60,804 nt of DNA from Candidatus Bathyarchaeota archaeon (GTDB taxonomy: Archaea > Thermoproteota > Bathyarchaeia > Bathyarchaeales > DTEX01). This document shows positions 45,583-55,487 of the stretch, one piece after another. Location of the stretch: positions 1 through 60,804 of the forward strand of contig PIYB01000002.1 in NCBI GenBank assembly GCA_003601835.1, written 5' to 3'. Each line of letters begins with the position of its first letter. Position 1 is the stretch's first letter. A program made the translations under genes and the position numbers. Below the pieces are notes generated by a model. That model had not been told where the DNA came from. It saw nothing but the letters and a program-made list of their open reading frames with translations, and searched no databases.

Positions 45583-46515
45583 CTAAACTTCAACAGTACC
45601 CTTGAACGAAGGCTTCGTACAACAAGCCTCGCAAGGAACCCCCGCGTCCAGAAAAGCCTCCTTCATAGCCTCAGCCACGTCACAAGTGGAGACCACGTTT
45701 TTGTCAACAACCGCGATGACAGCTGGACCAGCCCCGCTGATGCCGACGCCAGCCGCACCAGCTTTCAAGGCAGATTCTTTCACCAAATCATAGCCCGGGA
45801 TCAACCGTTTCCTAGCGGGTTCAACGATAAGATCCGTCATCCCGCGCCCAATCAGTTTCACGTCTCCCAGATGGAAACCGGCGACCAACAGCGCTGCGTT
45901 TCCCGCGTTAGCCACGGCTTCTCGGAAACCCACGGATCTTGGGAGAACGGCTCTGGCTGAAGCTGTCTTGTTATCCGGGGTTTCAACGTTGGGTAAAGCT
46001 AAGGCAACTTCCAAGTTTGGCGGGGGGTCTATTCGGACGGCGGTAACGGAGCCTTCGCTTGTTTGAACAATTGTGAACCCGCCTAGAACCGATGCTGCAA
46101 CATTGTCAGCGTGACTTGCTCCAGCAGCTGCAACCTCACCCATGGCGGCTATCCTCACAAGATCGTTTGAAGAAAACCCGAGTCCTAGAAGACTATTCAA
46201 GGCTACGGCGCATGCAGCCGCTGAGGCGCCGCTGCTTCCTAGACCCATCTTCAGAGGTATACCTTTCTCCAGTCTTATCTTAACCCCGATCTTCCGGTTT
46301 GCAAGCATCATCTTAGCTACAAGTCCAGCCGTGTTTTTTTCTAAGGTTGTCGGAATCTTGTCGGCGCCTAGCCCCGTAACCTCCACGGTTACGCCTTCGT
46401 CGGTTAGCTCCGCTGACAAGGTGTCGTGGAACGCTTCGAGAGCCAGTCCGAACACGTCGAACCCGGAGCCCATGTTAGCTGAGCTGCAGGGGGCTGACAC
46501 TTTAACTTGTTTCAA
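45583..46515 (-). CDS. thrB: homoserine kinase (GHMP family)
   Basis: VSAPCSSANMGSGFDVFGLAL and GLGSSGASAAA. 310 aa. Confidence 0.85.
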   Translation of the reverse strand: MKQVKVSAPCSSANMGSGFDVFGLALEAFHDTLSAELTDEGVTVEVTGLGADKIPTTLEKNTAGLVAKMMLANRKIGVKIRLEKGIPLKMGLGSSGASAAACAVALNSLLGLGFSSNDLVRIAAMGEVAAAGASHADNVAASVLGGFTIVQTSEGSVTAVRIDPPPNLEVALALPNVETPDNKTASARAVLPRSVGFREAVANAGNAALLVAGFHLGDVKLIGRGMTDLIVEPARKRLIPGYDLVKESALKAGAAGVGISGAGPAVIAVVDKNVVSTCDVAEAMKEAFLDAGVPCEACCTKPSFKGTVEV

Positions 46516-46626
46516 GAGTCTTAACCCTCGTTCAGCACGGAGCTGATCTATCTGCGCTGTGTATTTAAAAACGCTTGGGAAGCCGTTTCTTTCCCTATGT
46601 TTTACAGAGTAAAAGAAAAACGTGGT

Positions 46627-47739
46627 TTACGGCAAGGGAGGCGCGTCTGTTCTTCCTATCCATTCACGTTTCTTCTTTAGGTAATACTTGTATGTTGAGT
46701 AGGAGACTTCGGGGGGACACCTGTGATCCACCAACGGGATGAACCCGCCGTCCTCAAGCATAGGGGTCAACCGTTCCAGCTCCTTGTCAACCGCCTTCCC
46801 GCCGGCTACTAAAGCCCTCTTGTCAACGTAGCCCAACAGGAGAACGCGGTGTCCAAACTGTTCCCGAATCTTATAAGCATCAGTGAACCTTGCCTCCAAA
46901 GGGAACATGCAGTTGATCCCTGCTTTAAGCCAGCCTGGAACAAGTAAAGTTACGTCTCCGTCACTGTCCAGAACGTTGATCTCTACGCCGTACTCTTTCA
47001 GAACATCGGTGACCTTCTTGTACCGTGGAACCATGAACTCCTCGAAATGTTTCACAGATATAAGCGGACCCTTACTGTAGCACATGTCTTCCCACCAAGA
47101 TGCAAAGTCAACCTGCACTGAACGTAACGCTTTCCGAATTATGGCTATCCAAAGATCCACCAATGTGTCCATCATCTCTGCCACCCAATCCGGGTCACGG
47201 TAAAGTGCTATGGAGATCCCTTCGACGCCCATCCAGTTCCGCAGCCAACCGTAGAGGCTTCCTATAGAAAGCCCCAGCGGGTAATCCCTGTCCTTATAGT
47301 TTTCCGCTATCTCATCCCAGTTTAACGGAAAACGTCCAGGCGTATCGGGGTTCAGAAAAGGCTTCAGTTTTTCCCAGTCTTCCCGGTTCTTCAAGGGATG
47401 GCGGATGTAATGAGGCGGCGAGGAAGAACCCACGGTGCGAACGTATATTCCGCCCATGCCGTCGTCAACTATCGCCCGGTTCCCTTCTTCCCTGATTATT
47501 CTCGAAGGCAGAGGAGGCCAAAACCCGGTTCTAACAGGCAGCCATTCGCCGCAGTCCCATCCTTCAAGCCCAAGGTATATCTCGATGTCTCTGTTGGTTT
47601 TCTTTTCAAGCGGAAGCCCTTCTTTATGCCATCTGTCAATTGTCTCCGCCCAGAACCCGAACTCGTAATCCGGAATCCTATCTACGTCTTTGAACTGAAA
47701 CGTTCTCAGAAAACGTTCTCTATGATTCAACCTGAACAC
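46627..47739 (-). CDS. uroporphyrinogen decarboxylase (URO-D) family protein of unknown specificity
   Basis: RERFLRTFQFKDVDRIP N-terminus, 370 aa, with a C-terminal GGFIPLVDHRCPPEV-type motif as in URO-D/MtaA-like proteins. Confidence 0.7.
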   Translation of the reverse strand: MFRLNHRERFLRTFQFKDVDRIPDYEFGFWAETIDRWHKEGLPLEKKTNRDIEIYLGLEGWDCGEWLPVRTGFWPPLPSRIIREEGNRAIVDDGMGGIYVRTVGSSSPPHYIRHPLKNREDWEKLKPFLNPDTPGRFPLNWDEIAENYKDRDYPLGLSIGSLYGWLRNWMGVEGISIALYRDPDWVAEMMDTLVDLWIAIIRKALRSVQVDFASWWEDMCYSKGPLISVKHFEEFMVPRYKKVTDVLKEYGVEINVLDSDGDVTLLVPGWLKAGINCMFPLEARFTDAYKIREQFGHRVLLLGYVDKRALVAGGKAVDKELERLTPMLEDGGFIPLVDHRCPPEVSYSTYKYYLKKKREWIGRTDAPPLP

Positions 47740-47786
47740 CTCGAACGAGCTTAAGACTCTTGAATCACAACTATCCTCTGTAGAGG

Positions 47787-49067
47787 CTATTTAATGATTC
47801 CGAACCCTATCAGCCGCCATCTTCCCGCCATTTTCCGGCTGACAGCCACACGGGCTGATTCCTCCGCGCAAACCGGGCGGGTGAGACGGAGCTCCGCCGT
47901 GTCACCTTTTATGTTGAGAACCTTGCCGACTGTTGGAGCTGTGCCTACGTCTAGAAGAAGAACTTCTCCGACACCGATCTTTTTAACCTCAGCCAGCTCT
48001 TTTGTCCCAACAGCCCGTTCGAAAAGATTGATCTCCAAAGAAAGATCGAACCGGGTTGGAGGAAGAGTTCCCGGTTGCCCAACAAGGTTCCCGATTAAAC
48101 CGTCAGCCTTCGTTAAAGACGGGTCTAGAAGGGTGCCAACCCCAACCAGTCCCCCGCAATAAGCCTCCTTCACTTCTCTTCCTCCAGCGTGTAGACTAAC
48201 CACTTTAGTGAACAAGGTCTGATATGTGTTCGATTTTCCACGCGGAGAGATGCCTGGACGAATCTCCAGCTCGTCGCCAATTTTGAAGGTTCCTTGGAAA
48301 ATTGTGCCACCGATCACGCCGCCGACAAGGTTTTCAACCGGTGTTCCAGGCTTGTTCACGTCGAAGGAACGAACCACATACATCCGAGGAGGCTTCGCAG
48401 GGTCCCGGAAAGGAGTTGGAATATTCTGTTCCAAAGCGTACAAAAGAAGATCAACGTTCACCTCGTTCTGAGCTGAAATCGGAATTATGGGCGCGCCTTC
48501 AGCTACAGTTCCCTTCGTGAACTCTTTGATCTCCCTGTAGCTTTCCAAGGCACGTTTCCGGTCAACAAGATCAATCTTGTTCTGTGCAATGACGACCTTG
48601 TCAATGCCTACAATCTGTACTGCCGCTAGATGTTCACGGGTCTGAGGCTGCGGGCAAGGCTCATCAGCCGCAATAACGAGGATAACGCCGTCCATCACGG
48701 CTGCCCCTGAAAGCATGGTAGCCATCAAAGCCTCATGCCCGGGGGCGTCAACAAAACTTAATGCGCGAACGAATTCTCCTTTTGAACCGCACCGAGGACA
48801 AATCTCCTGAGTTGAATAGTTACGTGGAGGTTCACATTTTGGACACCGATAAACAACGGCGTCAGCGTACCCGAGCTTAATCGTGATTCCACGTTTCAGT
48901 TCCTCACTGTGCCTTGCAGCCCAAACGCCGGTAAGCGACTCAACCAAAGTCGTCTTCCCATGATCAACATGCCCAATGGTTCCTATGTTAACCTCAGGCT
49001 GCCGCCTTAAAGGACTAGACTTGTGCCGCACCTCTTCTCGTAAAGCTTCCTCGGTTAAATCGCTCAT
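47787..49067 (-). CDS. eif2g: translation initiation factor 2 subunit gamma
   Basis: [15 protein letters not shown], the zinc knuckle CPKC...CPRCG, DAPGHE and QNKIDL. Confidence 0.95.
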   Translation of the reverse strand: MSDLTEEALREEVRHKSSPLRRQPEVNIGTIGHVDHGKTTLVESLTGVWAARHSEELKRGITIKLGYADAVVYRCPKCEPPRNYSTQEICPRCGSKGEFVRALSFVDAPGHEALMATMLSGAAVMDGVILVIAADEPCPQPQTREHLAAVQIVGIDKVVIAQNKIDLVDRKRALESYREIKEFTKGTVAEGAPIIPISAQNEVNVDLLLYALEQNIPTPFRDPAKPPRMYVVRSFDVNKPGTPVENLVGGVIGGTIFQGTFKIGDELEIRPGISPRGKSNTYQTLFTKVVSLHAGGREVKEAYCGGLVGVGTLLDPSLTKADGLIGNLVGQPGTLPPTRFDLSLEINLFERAVGTKELAEVKKIGVGEVLLLDVGTAPTVGKVLNIKGDTAELRLTRPVCAEESARVAVSRKMAGRWRLIGFGIIK

Positions 49068-49298
49068 TCAAGCCGGTTCTCCGTTTCTACTCAATAGAAA
49101 ATCTTGCGTAATAAATGTGTTTCTAATTGAGAAAAACGTTTACACAGGCGCTTAGATTGCGACAAAAAATGCCAAATCAAACGTTAACTGCAACCTGCAA
49201 AAAACAAAACAGCAAAGAAGGAACATCGGACTGCTTTCACGGTTCATACCCTTGGTTCACAAAAAATATCTAGACTTTGGTTCGAAACCAGAAAAATT

Positions 49299-49415
49299 GG
49301 TGCACGCCTTTTAGGGGAGAGGTTTGAAGCCGAAAAGCGCTCAGCAATCGTACGGAAGACTCCAAACCTCTCCTGGGCGTGCGCTAACGGCTTTCGCTTC
49401 ACCACTCGGGTGAAC
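49299..49415. ncRNA. candidate structured RNA element, strand and function unknown
   Basis: Nested perfect helices: GCACGCC (49302..49308) with GGCGTGC (49376..49382), and GGAGAGGTTTG (49315..49325) with CAAACCTCTCC (49363..49373). A separate hairpin is TTCACC-actcg-GGTGAA (49398..49414). It lies in a 395-nt gap with no ORF. Confidence 0.3.
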
Positions 49416-49462
49416 TTGACTTAGCTGGCTGTCTTTTCACTCATGTTGTTCCTTTTTCAGGA

Positions 49463-50020
49463 TTAGGCGGTTTCAGCGGATTTCACGTTGCATTCAACGT
49501 AGTATTGTGCGTTTTCGGTGAAGATGGTGATGCCGATTGTGGTGCCGATATCGTTCACGCTGATGCTATCGGGGCTCGTTATGTAGATTATCATGGTGTT
49601 GCCGGAGGCTAATGGTTTATCGTTGCTGTCGGTTGAGAAGCTCGCAACTGTTCCCGAAGTGTACTGGAAGTTTGTCCAGCTGTGACCGCTCGAGTTAGGA
49701 CAGTTCAGCGAGGTTGAGATGGCTGAAGACAGCCGCAGATAGTACACTGAGGACCATGAGGCTTCGACGCCTCGCACTTTATCTATAACCACGTCTCTTC
49801 CGCCGACGTTATCCACCGCAACAGCCGCGAATGCCGTGCCGTTACCGTACACCCAAACCTCTTGCTTCGTAAGCTTCAACTGCTCCTGCTGCGTCCGAGT
49901 CGAAGTAATGTTAACAGCATACATCGTGACCACGCCTGCTAAAAGCACCGAAACCACCAGAATAATGAGCGTTGAGACAACGTTGCTAAGCGCTTTCCGA
50001 TTTCTAATCAGTCTTTTCAT
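49463..50020 (-). CDS. archaeal type IV pilin-like protein (class III signal peptide)
   Basis: MKRLIRNRKALSNVVSTLIILVVSVLLAGVV is a prepilin/archaellin-type N-terminus. The rest is Ser/Thr-rich and beta-type. Confidence 0.7.
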   Translation of the reverse strand: MKRLIRNRKALSNVVSTLIILVVSVLLAGVVTMYAVNITSTRTQQEQLKLTKQEVWVYGNGTAFAAVAVDNVGGRDVVIDKVRGVEASWSSVYYLRLSSAISTSLNCPNSSGHSWTNFQYTSGTVASFSTDSNDKPLASGNTMIIYITSPDSISVNDIGTTIGITIFTENAQYYVECNVKSAETA

Positions 50021-50139
50021 TTCATATCCTTCCTATGAATGCAAAATAAGCAGTATCTAGAAGTATTAGGATTTGTGCGTAGAGCAGCTGCACACACAGT
50101 TCAGACCTAAAGTTTGGACTGAACGTTCAGACAACGAAT

Positions 50140-50424
50140 TTAGCCAACAGCTTTTTTCACAGCGACCATTTCACGCTTCTGCCGGTCACGGCATAGAGGA
50201 CACGTGAAATACCGTCGGTAACCGTGAGCATAATCAATGAAGTATCCGTGATCCTTGCATTCCACAACGTAGAAGGGAACCGGGTGTCGCCAGCCCTGTT
50301 TCGTCCGCGTGAATATTTGAGCGTAACCGAACACCTTCAGCTCCAACATTTGACGAAAAGAAAGATGCACCATTCTCTTTCGGTCTGGACTTCCGAAATG
50401 CCGGTCTACTGCTTGAACCTTCAC
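50140..50424 (-). CDS. hypothetical small basic protein with a C-terminal CPLC
   Basis: 94-aa ORF (…PFYVVECKDHGYFIDYAHGYRRYFTCPLCRD…). No family recognised. Confidence 0.4.
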   Translation of the reverse strand: MKVQAVDRHFGSPDRKRMVHLSFRQMLELKVFGYAQIFTRTKQGWRHPVPFYVVECKDHGYFIDYAHGYRRYFTCPLCRDRQKREMVAVKKAVG

Positions 50425-50634
50425 CCGTTCCCTTCTCCGGAAGTAAAGTCGTTTGACTCGTCGTTAAAAAGTTGTGAACCGCTAGTCCGTACCTTTTATA
50501 CTGCTGCGAAATTTATGTCGTCAGGTGAGCAACGTTGAAGGCGGATTCTTAGGGACATAGGGAAACCGTTATTTTTCCACAGTTTTCACGGTTGAATCAC
50601 ATGGAACAAGAGGTTTTTATATAACGCTGGATCA

Positions 50635-51273
50635 ATGTTTAGAGGAAACGTGGCAATCAGCATTCAGCCTTTGGTGTTCAGCATGATTAATTGTGAAAGA
50701 TGCGGGTATCCGTTACCTGACGGCGCGGAATATTGCCCTAACTGCGGGGCTCCTGTTAGAAGAAAACCGGAAGCCGCTGTTCCGCCGGTTGCGCCCATAG
50801 GGAAACTTTTGCAGGCAGGAGTTTTGGGCGCCTTTCTTTCGGTTATGATAACCTCTATTGCTCCGCCAAGTATTCAACTGTATTTCATTCCTTCTTTCAT
50901 CTCGTCCTTGGTCTCCGTGTACCTGTTTAGGGCGAGAAGACTGGATGAAGCCGTGACGATATCTCTAGCGGTGTACCTGTTCGCTGACGCAATTTTAGGA
51001 GGCTTAATCTTCGGGTCGATTTATGTGGAGAACATTCCGCTTTCCCAAGCCTATGGTGATTACATGTTGACCTTTGTTGATGTTGCAATGTACGTTGCGG
51101 ACCCTGTGACAGCCGTCATAGCGGGATACGTCGGCAACAGGCTTATCGCCAAACCCCCGGCGAGGAAACCTGTATCTTACCGGTATGAAAAAAGAAGAGA
51201 GCCAGGTGGCATAATCTACAGTTTAGAAGTTCCTCAGGAAAAGTCGTCGGTCGGTCTCTCCCATAACGTTTAA
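50635..51273 (+). CDS. zinc-ribbon membrane protein (likely start ATG 50683)
   Basis: CERCGYPLPDGAEYCPNCGAPV followed by about four hydrophobic helices. Confidence 0.6.
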   Translation: MFRGNVAISIQPLVFSMINCERCGYPLPDGAEYCPNCGAPVRRKPEAAVPPVAPIGKLLQAGVLGAFLSVMITSIAPPSIQLYFIPSFISSLVSVYLFRARRLDEAVTISLAVYLFADAILGGLIFGSIYVENIPLSQAYGDYMLTFVDVAMYVADPVTAVIAGYVGNRLIAKPPARKPVSYRYEKRREPGGIIYSLEVPQEKSSVGLSHNV

Positions 51274-51331
51274 ATATCTTTCTATTTAGGTCTTCCCTAC
51301 TAGCTAGTTAGTCAAAGACAGAGTGACAGCA

Positions 51332-51607
51332 ATGAATGTGCCTAAGGAGATAAACACGTACTGTCCGAGATGTAAGACACATACTGTGCACGCTGTTTCC
51401 CTTTACAAGGAAGGACGGAGAAGAGCTCTGGCTAAAGGAGAACGTCATCACAAACGTGAACGGAAGGGTTACGGTGGACAAAAATATCCGATGTTGAAAA
51501 GGAAAGCTAAGACAACAAAGAAGCAGGCGTTGAAGCTTCGATGCAAACAGTGCGGTTACACAAGACAAAAGAAAGGAATCCGCTTAAGAAGGATGACAAT
51601 CCAGTAG
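51332..51607 (+). CDS. rpl44e: 50S ribosomal protein L44e (eL42)
   Basis: MNVPKEINTYCPRCKTHTVH...GYGGQ...LRCKQCGY. The track starts at GTG 51323. Confidence 0.9.
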   Translation: MNVPKEINTYCPRCKTHTVHAVSLYKEGRRRALAKGERHHKRERKGYGGQKYPMLKRKAKTTKKQALKLRCKQCGYTRQKKGIRLRRMTIQ

Positions 51608-51632
51608 AGAAAACAGAGGAGAGGAACAGCGT

Positions 51633-51830
51633 ATGAGCGAATGGGATAAGATTATACCGAAACCGCGAACAGTGTTCCTACAGGTGAAATGCCCAGACTG
51701 CGGCAATGAACAGTCCATCTTCAGCCACGTTTCAACCATAGTTCACTGTAACATTTGCGGCGCAACCCTTGCGGAGCCGACGGGTGGAAAGGCTAAGATC
51801 AAAGGTGAAATAGTAAGAATTCTGGAGTGA
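51633..51830 (+). CDS. rps27e: 30S ribosomal protein S27e (eS27)
   Basis: FLQVKCPDCGNEQSIFSHVSTIVHCNICGATL. Confidence 0.9.
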   Translation: MSEWDKIIPKPRTVFLQVKCPDCGNEQSIFSHVSTIVHCNICGATLAEPTGGKAKIKGEIVRILE

Positions 51831-51839
51831 AGTTAAAAG

Positions 51840-52631
51840 ATGACTTTTCTGAGGCGTGAGGAATGGCCGGAAGTAGGCGAATTGGTGGTTGCATCAGCCA
51901 ATAGAATAACGAGCTACGGCGTCTACGTGGTTTTGGACGAGTACAAGAAGGAAGGCTTCCTTCACATCTCCGAGATCTCTTCCAGCTGGGTGAAGAACAT
52001 ACGGGACTTTGTACGCGAAGGCGAAAAAGTTGTGCTTAAGGTTTTGAGGGTGGATCCTACTAGGCAACATATCGACCTTTCCCTCAGAAGAGTCACGAAA
52101 AGAGAAAGAAGAGAAAAGATGCTTCAGTGGAAACAAACTAGAAAAGCTGAAAGCTTGATGCAAAGTGCGTCTCAGAGACTGGGCATTCCGCTAGAACAGG
52201 TTTATGCGAAGGCGTGGGTTCCTCTCGAAGAGGCTTTCGGCGAGGTCTATGAAGGCTTGGAGATGGCTGCTAGAGAAGGCGCTGATGTCCTTATAAAACA
52301 TGGGATACCGAAGGAACTTGCTGAAACCCTCACTGAGGTCGCTAAAGAAAAGATCAGAATCTCCATGGTGAAGACGAAGGGAACCTTGAACGTAAGCTGC
52401 ACAAAGCCAGACGGGGTTATCAAAGTCAAAGAAGCCCTTCTGAAAGCTCAGAAGGTTAAAGTCCCACATGGAGCAAAGGTCAGAGTGTACGTTGTTTCGC
52501 CGCCGAAATACTACATAGAAGTTACGGCTAAAGACTACAAAGAAGCAAACGATGTCATGAGAAGAGCTGCTGAAGCTGTTGTGCAAACCATAGAGAAAGC
52601 TGGAGGCCAAGGAGCCTTCCAAAGAGGATAA
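51840..52631 (+). CDS. eif2a: translation initiation factor 2 subunit alpha
   Basis: S1 domain GELVVASANRITSYGVYVVLDEY...GFLHISEISSSWVKNIRD. 263 aa. Confidence 0.9.
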   Translation: MTFLRREEWPEVGELVVASANRITSYGVYVVLDEYKKEGFLHISEISSSWVKNIRDFVREGEKVVLKVLRVDPTRQHIDLSLRRVTKRERREKMLQWKQTRKAESLMQSASQRLGIPLEQVYAKAWVPLEEAFGEVYEGLEMAAREGADVLIKHGIPKELAETLTEVAKEKIRISMVKTKGTLNVSCTKPDGVIKVKEALLKAQKVKVPHGAKVRVYVVSPPKYYIEVTAKDYKEANDVMRRAAEAVVQTIEKAGGQGAFQRG

Positions 52632-52636
52632 AATCA

Positions 52637-52801
52637 ATGGTTTGGCTGCTCAGGAAATGCGTTAAATGCGGAGAATATACGCTTAGGAAAGACAGGTGCC
52701 CACACTGCGGCGGAGAAACACGGATACCTCATCCAGCCAAGTTTTCGCCTGACGACAAATACGCCGTTTACAAGGGCATGATGAGGCAGCTGAAGAAATG
52801 A
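52637..52801 (+). CDS. nop10: H/ACA RNP protein Nop10
   Basis: Below the track length cut-off. Hand translation gives MVWLLRKCVKCGEYTLRKDRCPHCGGETRIPHPAKFSPDDKYAVYKGMMRQLKK. It has the CxxC...CxxC zinc ribbon and the PAKFSPDDKY motif. The stop overlaps the next ATG (ATGA). Confidence 0.85.
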   Translation: MVWLLRKCVKCGEYTLRKDRCPHCGGETRIPHPAKFSPDDKYAVYKGMMRQLKK

Positions 52802-53571
52802 AAGAGACGACAATAGTAGAAAAGGAAAAGGTTGAACCGAGAAAAGCCGTCCTGATAGAAGGTTTACCTGGCCAGGGCTTGGTTGGAAAGATCGCCGCGG
52901 AGTACCTGGCGAGACAGTTGAAAGCCAAGAAAATTGCGGATCTTTATTCTCCTCACTTCGCGTATTACGTCATGGTCAACAAAAAAGGAGATGTACGGCT
53001 TCTCCGGTCTGAATTCTATTACTGGAAAAATGATCAAGGAGAAACTGATCTTATTCTGTTAACTGGCGACACGCAAGCACAAACAATCGAAGGTCAATAC
53101 GAGGTAGCCGACGCCATACTCAGCTTCGCTGAGAAAAACAATGTGAAGATGATTTTGACGATAGGCGGATACCGAAAAGAGGTCAAAGGGGAACCTCAAG
53201 TGTTGGCATCCGCAACAAGCCAGGAGCTGCTCGCTAAAGCCACGGAGGCGGGTGCAAAAAACAGTCCAGCCGGCAGCCCGATAGTGGGAACCGCAGGGTT
53301 GCTTGTTGGGTTGGCAAAATTCAGAGGGTTGGATGCTGCTTGCTTGTTAGCTGAGACGCCTGGTTATCTTCCTGACCCGAAGGCTGCGAAAAAGGTGTTG
53401 CAGGTTATCTCGAGAATGTTGGGTTTCGAGGTTGACCTTTCAGAGTTGGAGAAGGAGATATACAGGTCTGAACAGATAGCGGAAAGGATGAAACGGATCG
53501 AAGAACAGCGAAGAGTCCTTGAAAGGGAAAGGAAGAGAATAGAGGAAGAAAAAATTTCTTACATAAGCTAG
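52798..53571 (+). CDS. PAC2-family proteasome assembly chaperone-like protein (COG1938)
   Basis: VLIEGLPGQGLVGKIAAEYL and ILTIGGY, with a C-terminal coiled coil. This is the conserved neighbour of eif2a and nop10 in archaea. Confidence 0.7.
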   Translation: MKETTIVEKEKVEPRKAVLIEGLPGQGLVGKIAAEYLARQLKAKKIADLYSPHFAYYVMVNKKGDVRLLRSEFYYWKNDQGETDLILLTGDTQAQTIEGQYEVADAILSFAEKNNVKMILTIGGYRKEVKGEPQVLASATSQELLAKATEAGAKNSPAGSPIVGTAGLLVGLAKFRGLDAACLLAETPGYLPDPKAAKKVLQVISRMLGFEVDLSELEKEIYRSEQIAERMKRIEEQRRVLERERKRIEEEKISYIS

Positions 53572-54113
53572 ACAACGAAGTTCGCACTTTTCTTCGAGAA
53601 CTTCTGGAGAATCTTCTTAATCTCCAAAAGGTCACTTACAGTGTGGTTTATGGCGCTGATGTGAGAGCTTATTAGCTCTTCAACTTCCTGCTCCATGCTT
53701 GTTTCAACAAGGTCGTTCTCGATCTGTTCTACAACAAGGTCTGTAAGCTCGTTTCTTCTTGTGACGGATTTGAACGCCTCTTGAATCTTTGTTTTGGTCT
53801 CCTCCACATGTGGGCTGGGAAGCTGCCCTTTGCTGATTTTCTCAGCGATTTCGTGAACGATGTCTTCAGCTGACAGAGGTAGAAACCTTTTCGCCGCAAT
53901 CTCGCCTTCAGGAGTTAAAAAGATTAACAGGGGCACCATGTTTACGCCGTATAGTTCAGCCAGTTCCTCGTTTCTAGGGTCATCAATGTTGACTAGACGT
54001 ATCTGAATGTCCTTTCTTTGCTGGTTGATCTTCCTAGTTATCTCTGAAAGATTCTTCTCGTTTTCGTACATGTCCGAATAGAAGTACATTATCTCGACTT
54101 TTCTATTGTTCAA
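53568..54113 (-). CDS. thioredoxin-fold-like protein without cysteines, plus a helical C-terminal half
   Basis: VEIMYFYSD...IRLVNIDDPRNEELAELYGVNMVPLLIFLTPEGE resembles a Trx/Grx fold but has no Cys in the whole ORF. Its stop shares the palindrome CTAG with the convergent PAC2 gene. Confidence 0.45.
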   Translation of the reverse strand: MNNRKVEIMYFYSDMYENEKNLSEITRKINQQRKDIQIRLVNIDDPRNEELAELYGVNMVPLLIFLTPEGEIAAKRFLPLSAEDIVHEIAEKISKGQLPSPHVEETKTKIQEAFKSVTRRNELTDLVVEQIENDLVETSMEQEVEELISSHISAINHTVSDLLEIKKILQKFSKKSANFVV

Positions 54114-54185
54114 CGTGGTTCCTCTAAATTCAATCCTGTAGAAACCTAAAAAGAAAGAGAAGATGGGATTATTATGTTTTGCTGT

Positions 54186-55487
54186 CTACATCTTTTTCGT
54201 GATTTCTCTGACTACACCCGCAGCGATGGTTGTTCCCATGTCACGGATCGCGAATCGCCCAAGCTCTGGGAACTCAGTGTAGACCTCAAGCGGCAAAGGA
54301 CGCAACGGTTCGAACCTCACTAAAGCGCTGTCCCCTGTTTTGAGGAAAGACGGATTCTCTTCAACCGTCTGTCCTGTTCTTGGATCGATCTTCTTGATCA
54401 ACTCTGCGAATCTACACGCAACCTGAGCTGTGTGGGCGTGAAGAACCGGGGTGTATCCTGCAGCTATGGCGGTCGGATGGTGTATGACGATGATCTGTCC
54501 AATGAATTCTCTGGCTACTGTCGGCGGGTTACTGGGATGCCCCGCTACGTCGCCTCTTCTGACGTCCTTCTTGGAGACGCCTCTCACGTTGAAGCCTATG
54601 TTGTCGCCTGGTTCAGCTCTTTGTATCCTAACGTGATGGGTTTCCATCGATTTTACTTCGCCTGAAACATTTGCTGGCATGAATACTATTGTGTCGCCTT
54701 CCTTCAGCACGCCTGTCTCGACTCTTCCAACAGGCACAGTTCCGACACCTGTGATGGTGTAAACGTCCTGTATCGGCAGGCGGAGAGGCTTGTCAATCGG
54801 CTTCGCAGGCATCTTGAACTGGTCTAACGCTTCGAACAAGGTTGGACCATCATACCAAGGCATCTTATCGCTTTTCTTCACAAGATTGTCTCCAGTCCAT
54901 CCAGATGTCGGGACGAAGGCGATGTTAGCCGGGTTGTAACCGACTAGCCGTAACATGCGGCTGATCTCGTTCTTGATCTCCTCGTACCGTTCCTTGCTCC
55001 AGTTGACCGTCGGGTCATCCATCTTGTTGATTGCCACTGCAAGCTGTCTGACACCAAGCGTGAAGGCTAAGAAGGCGTGTTCCCTTGTTTGCCCGCCAGG
55101 CCCGATGCCTGCCTCGAACTCGCCTTTCTTAGCTGAGACGAACAGTACGGCGGCGTCGGCTTGGCTGGCGCCTGTGATCATGTTTTTGACGAAGTCTCTG
55201 TGTCCCGGTGCGTCGATGACTGTGAAGAAGTAGTTAGGCGTCTCAAACTTGAGGAAACGGAGGTCAATTGTGAGTCCTCGTTCTCTTTCCTCTTTCAGAG
55301 AGTCGAGAACCCAGGCGAATTTGAAGGTGCCTTTTCCCAGTTTTTCTGCCTGTTCCTCGTAAGCCTTGATTGTTCGGTCGTCAATTGCTCCCGCTAGGTA
55401 AAGCAGGTGTCCCATTGTTGTAGACTTTCCGTGGTCTACATGCCCGATTATCACTAGGTTCAGATGGGGCTTTTCCGGCTTGCTCAT
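54186..55487 (-). CDS. tuf: translation elongation factor 1-alpha
   Basis: [31 protein letters not shown] and NKMD. 433 aa. Confidence 0.97.
   Translation of the reverse strand: MSKPEKPHLNLVIIGHVDHGKSTTMGHLLYLAGAIDDRTIKAYEEQAEKLGKGTFKFAWVLDSLKEERERGLTIDLRFLKFETPNYFFTVIDAPGHRDFVKNMITGASQADAAVLFVSAKKGEFEAGIGPGGQTREHAFLAFTLGVRQLAVAINKMDDPTVNWSKERYEEIKNEISRMLRLVGYNPANIAFVPTSGWTGDNLVKKSDKMPWYDGPTLFEALDQFKMPAKPIDKPLRLPIQDVYTITGVGTVPVGRVETGVLKEGDTIVFMPANVSGEVKSMETHHVRIQRAEPGDNIGFNVRGVSKKDVRRGDVAGHPSNPPTVAREFIGQIIVIHHPTAIAAGYTPVLHAHTAQVACRFAELIKKIDPRTGQTVEENPSFLKTGDSALVRFEPLRPLPLEVYTEFPELGRFAIRDMGTTIAAGVVREITKKM

Noticed and set aside
49299-49415. H/ACA guide RNA interpretation of the nested helix.
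   Set aside because: On either strand one side of the would-be pseudouridylation pocket is only 2 nt. There is no ACA box at the expected distance after the lower stem, and no clear K-turn or K-loop.
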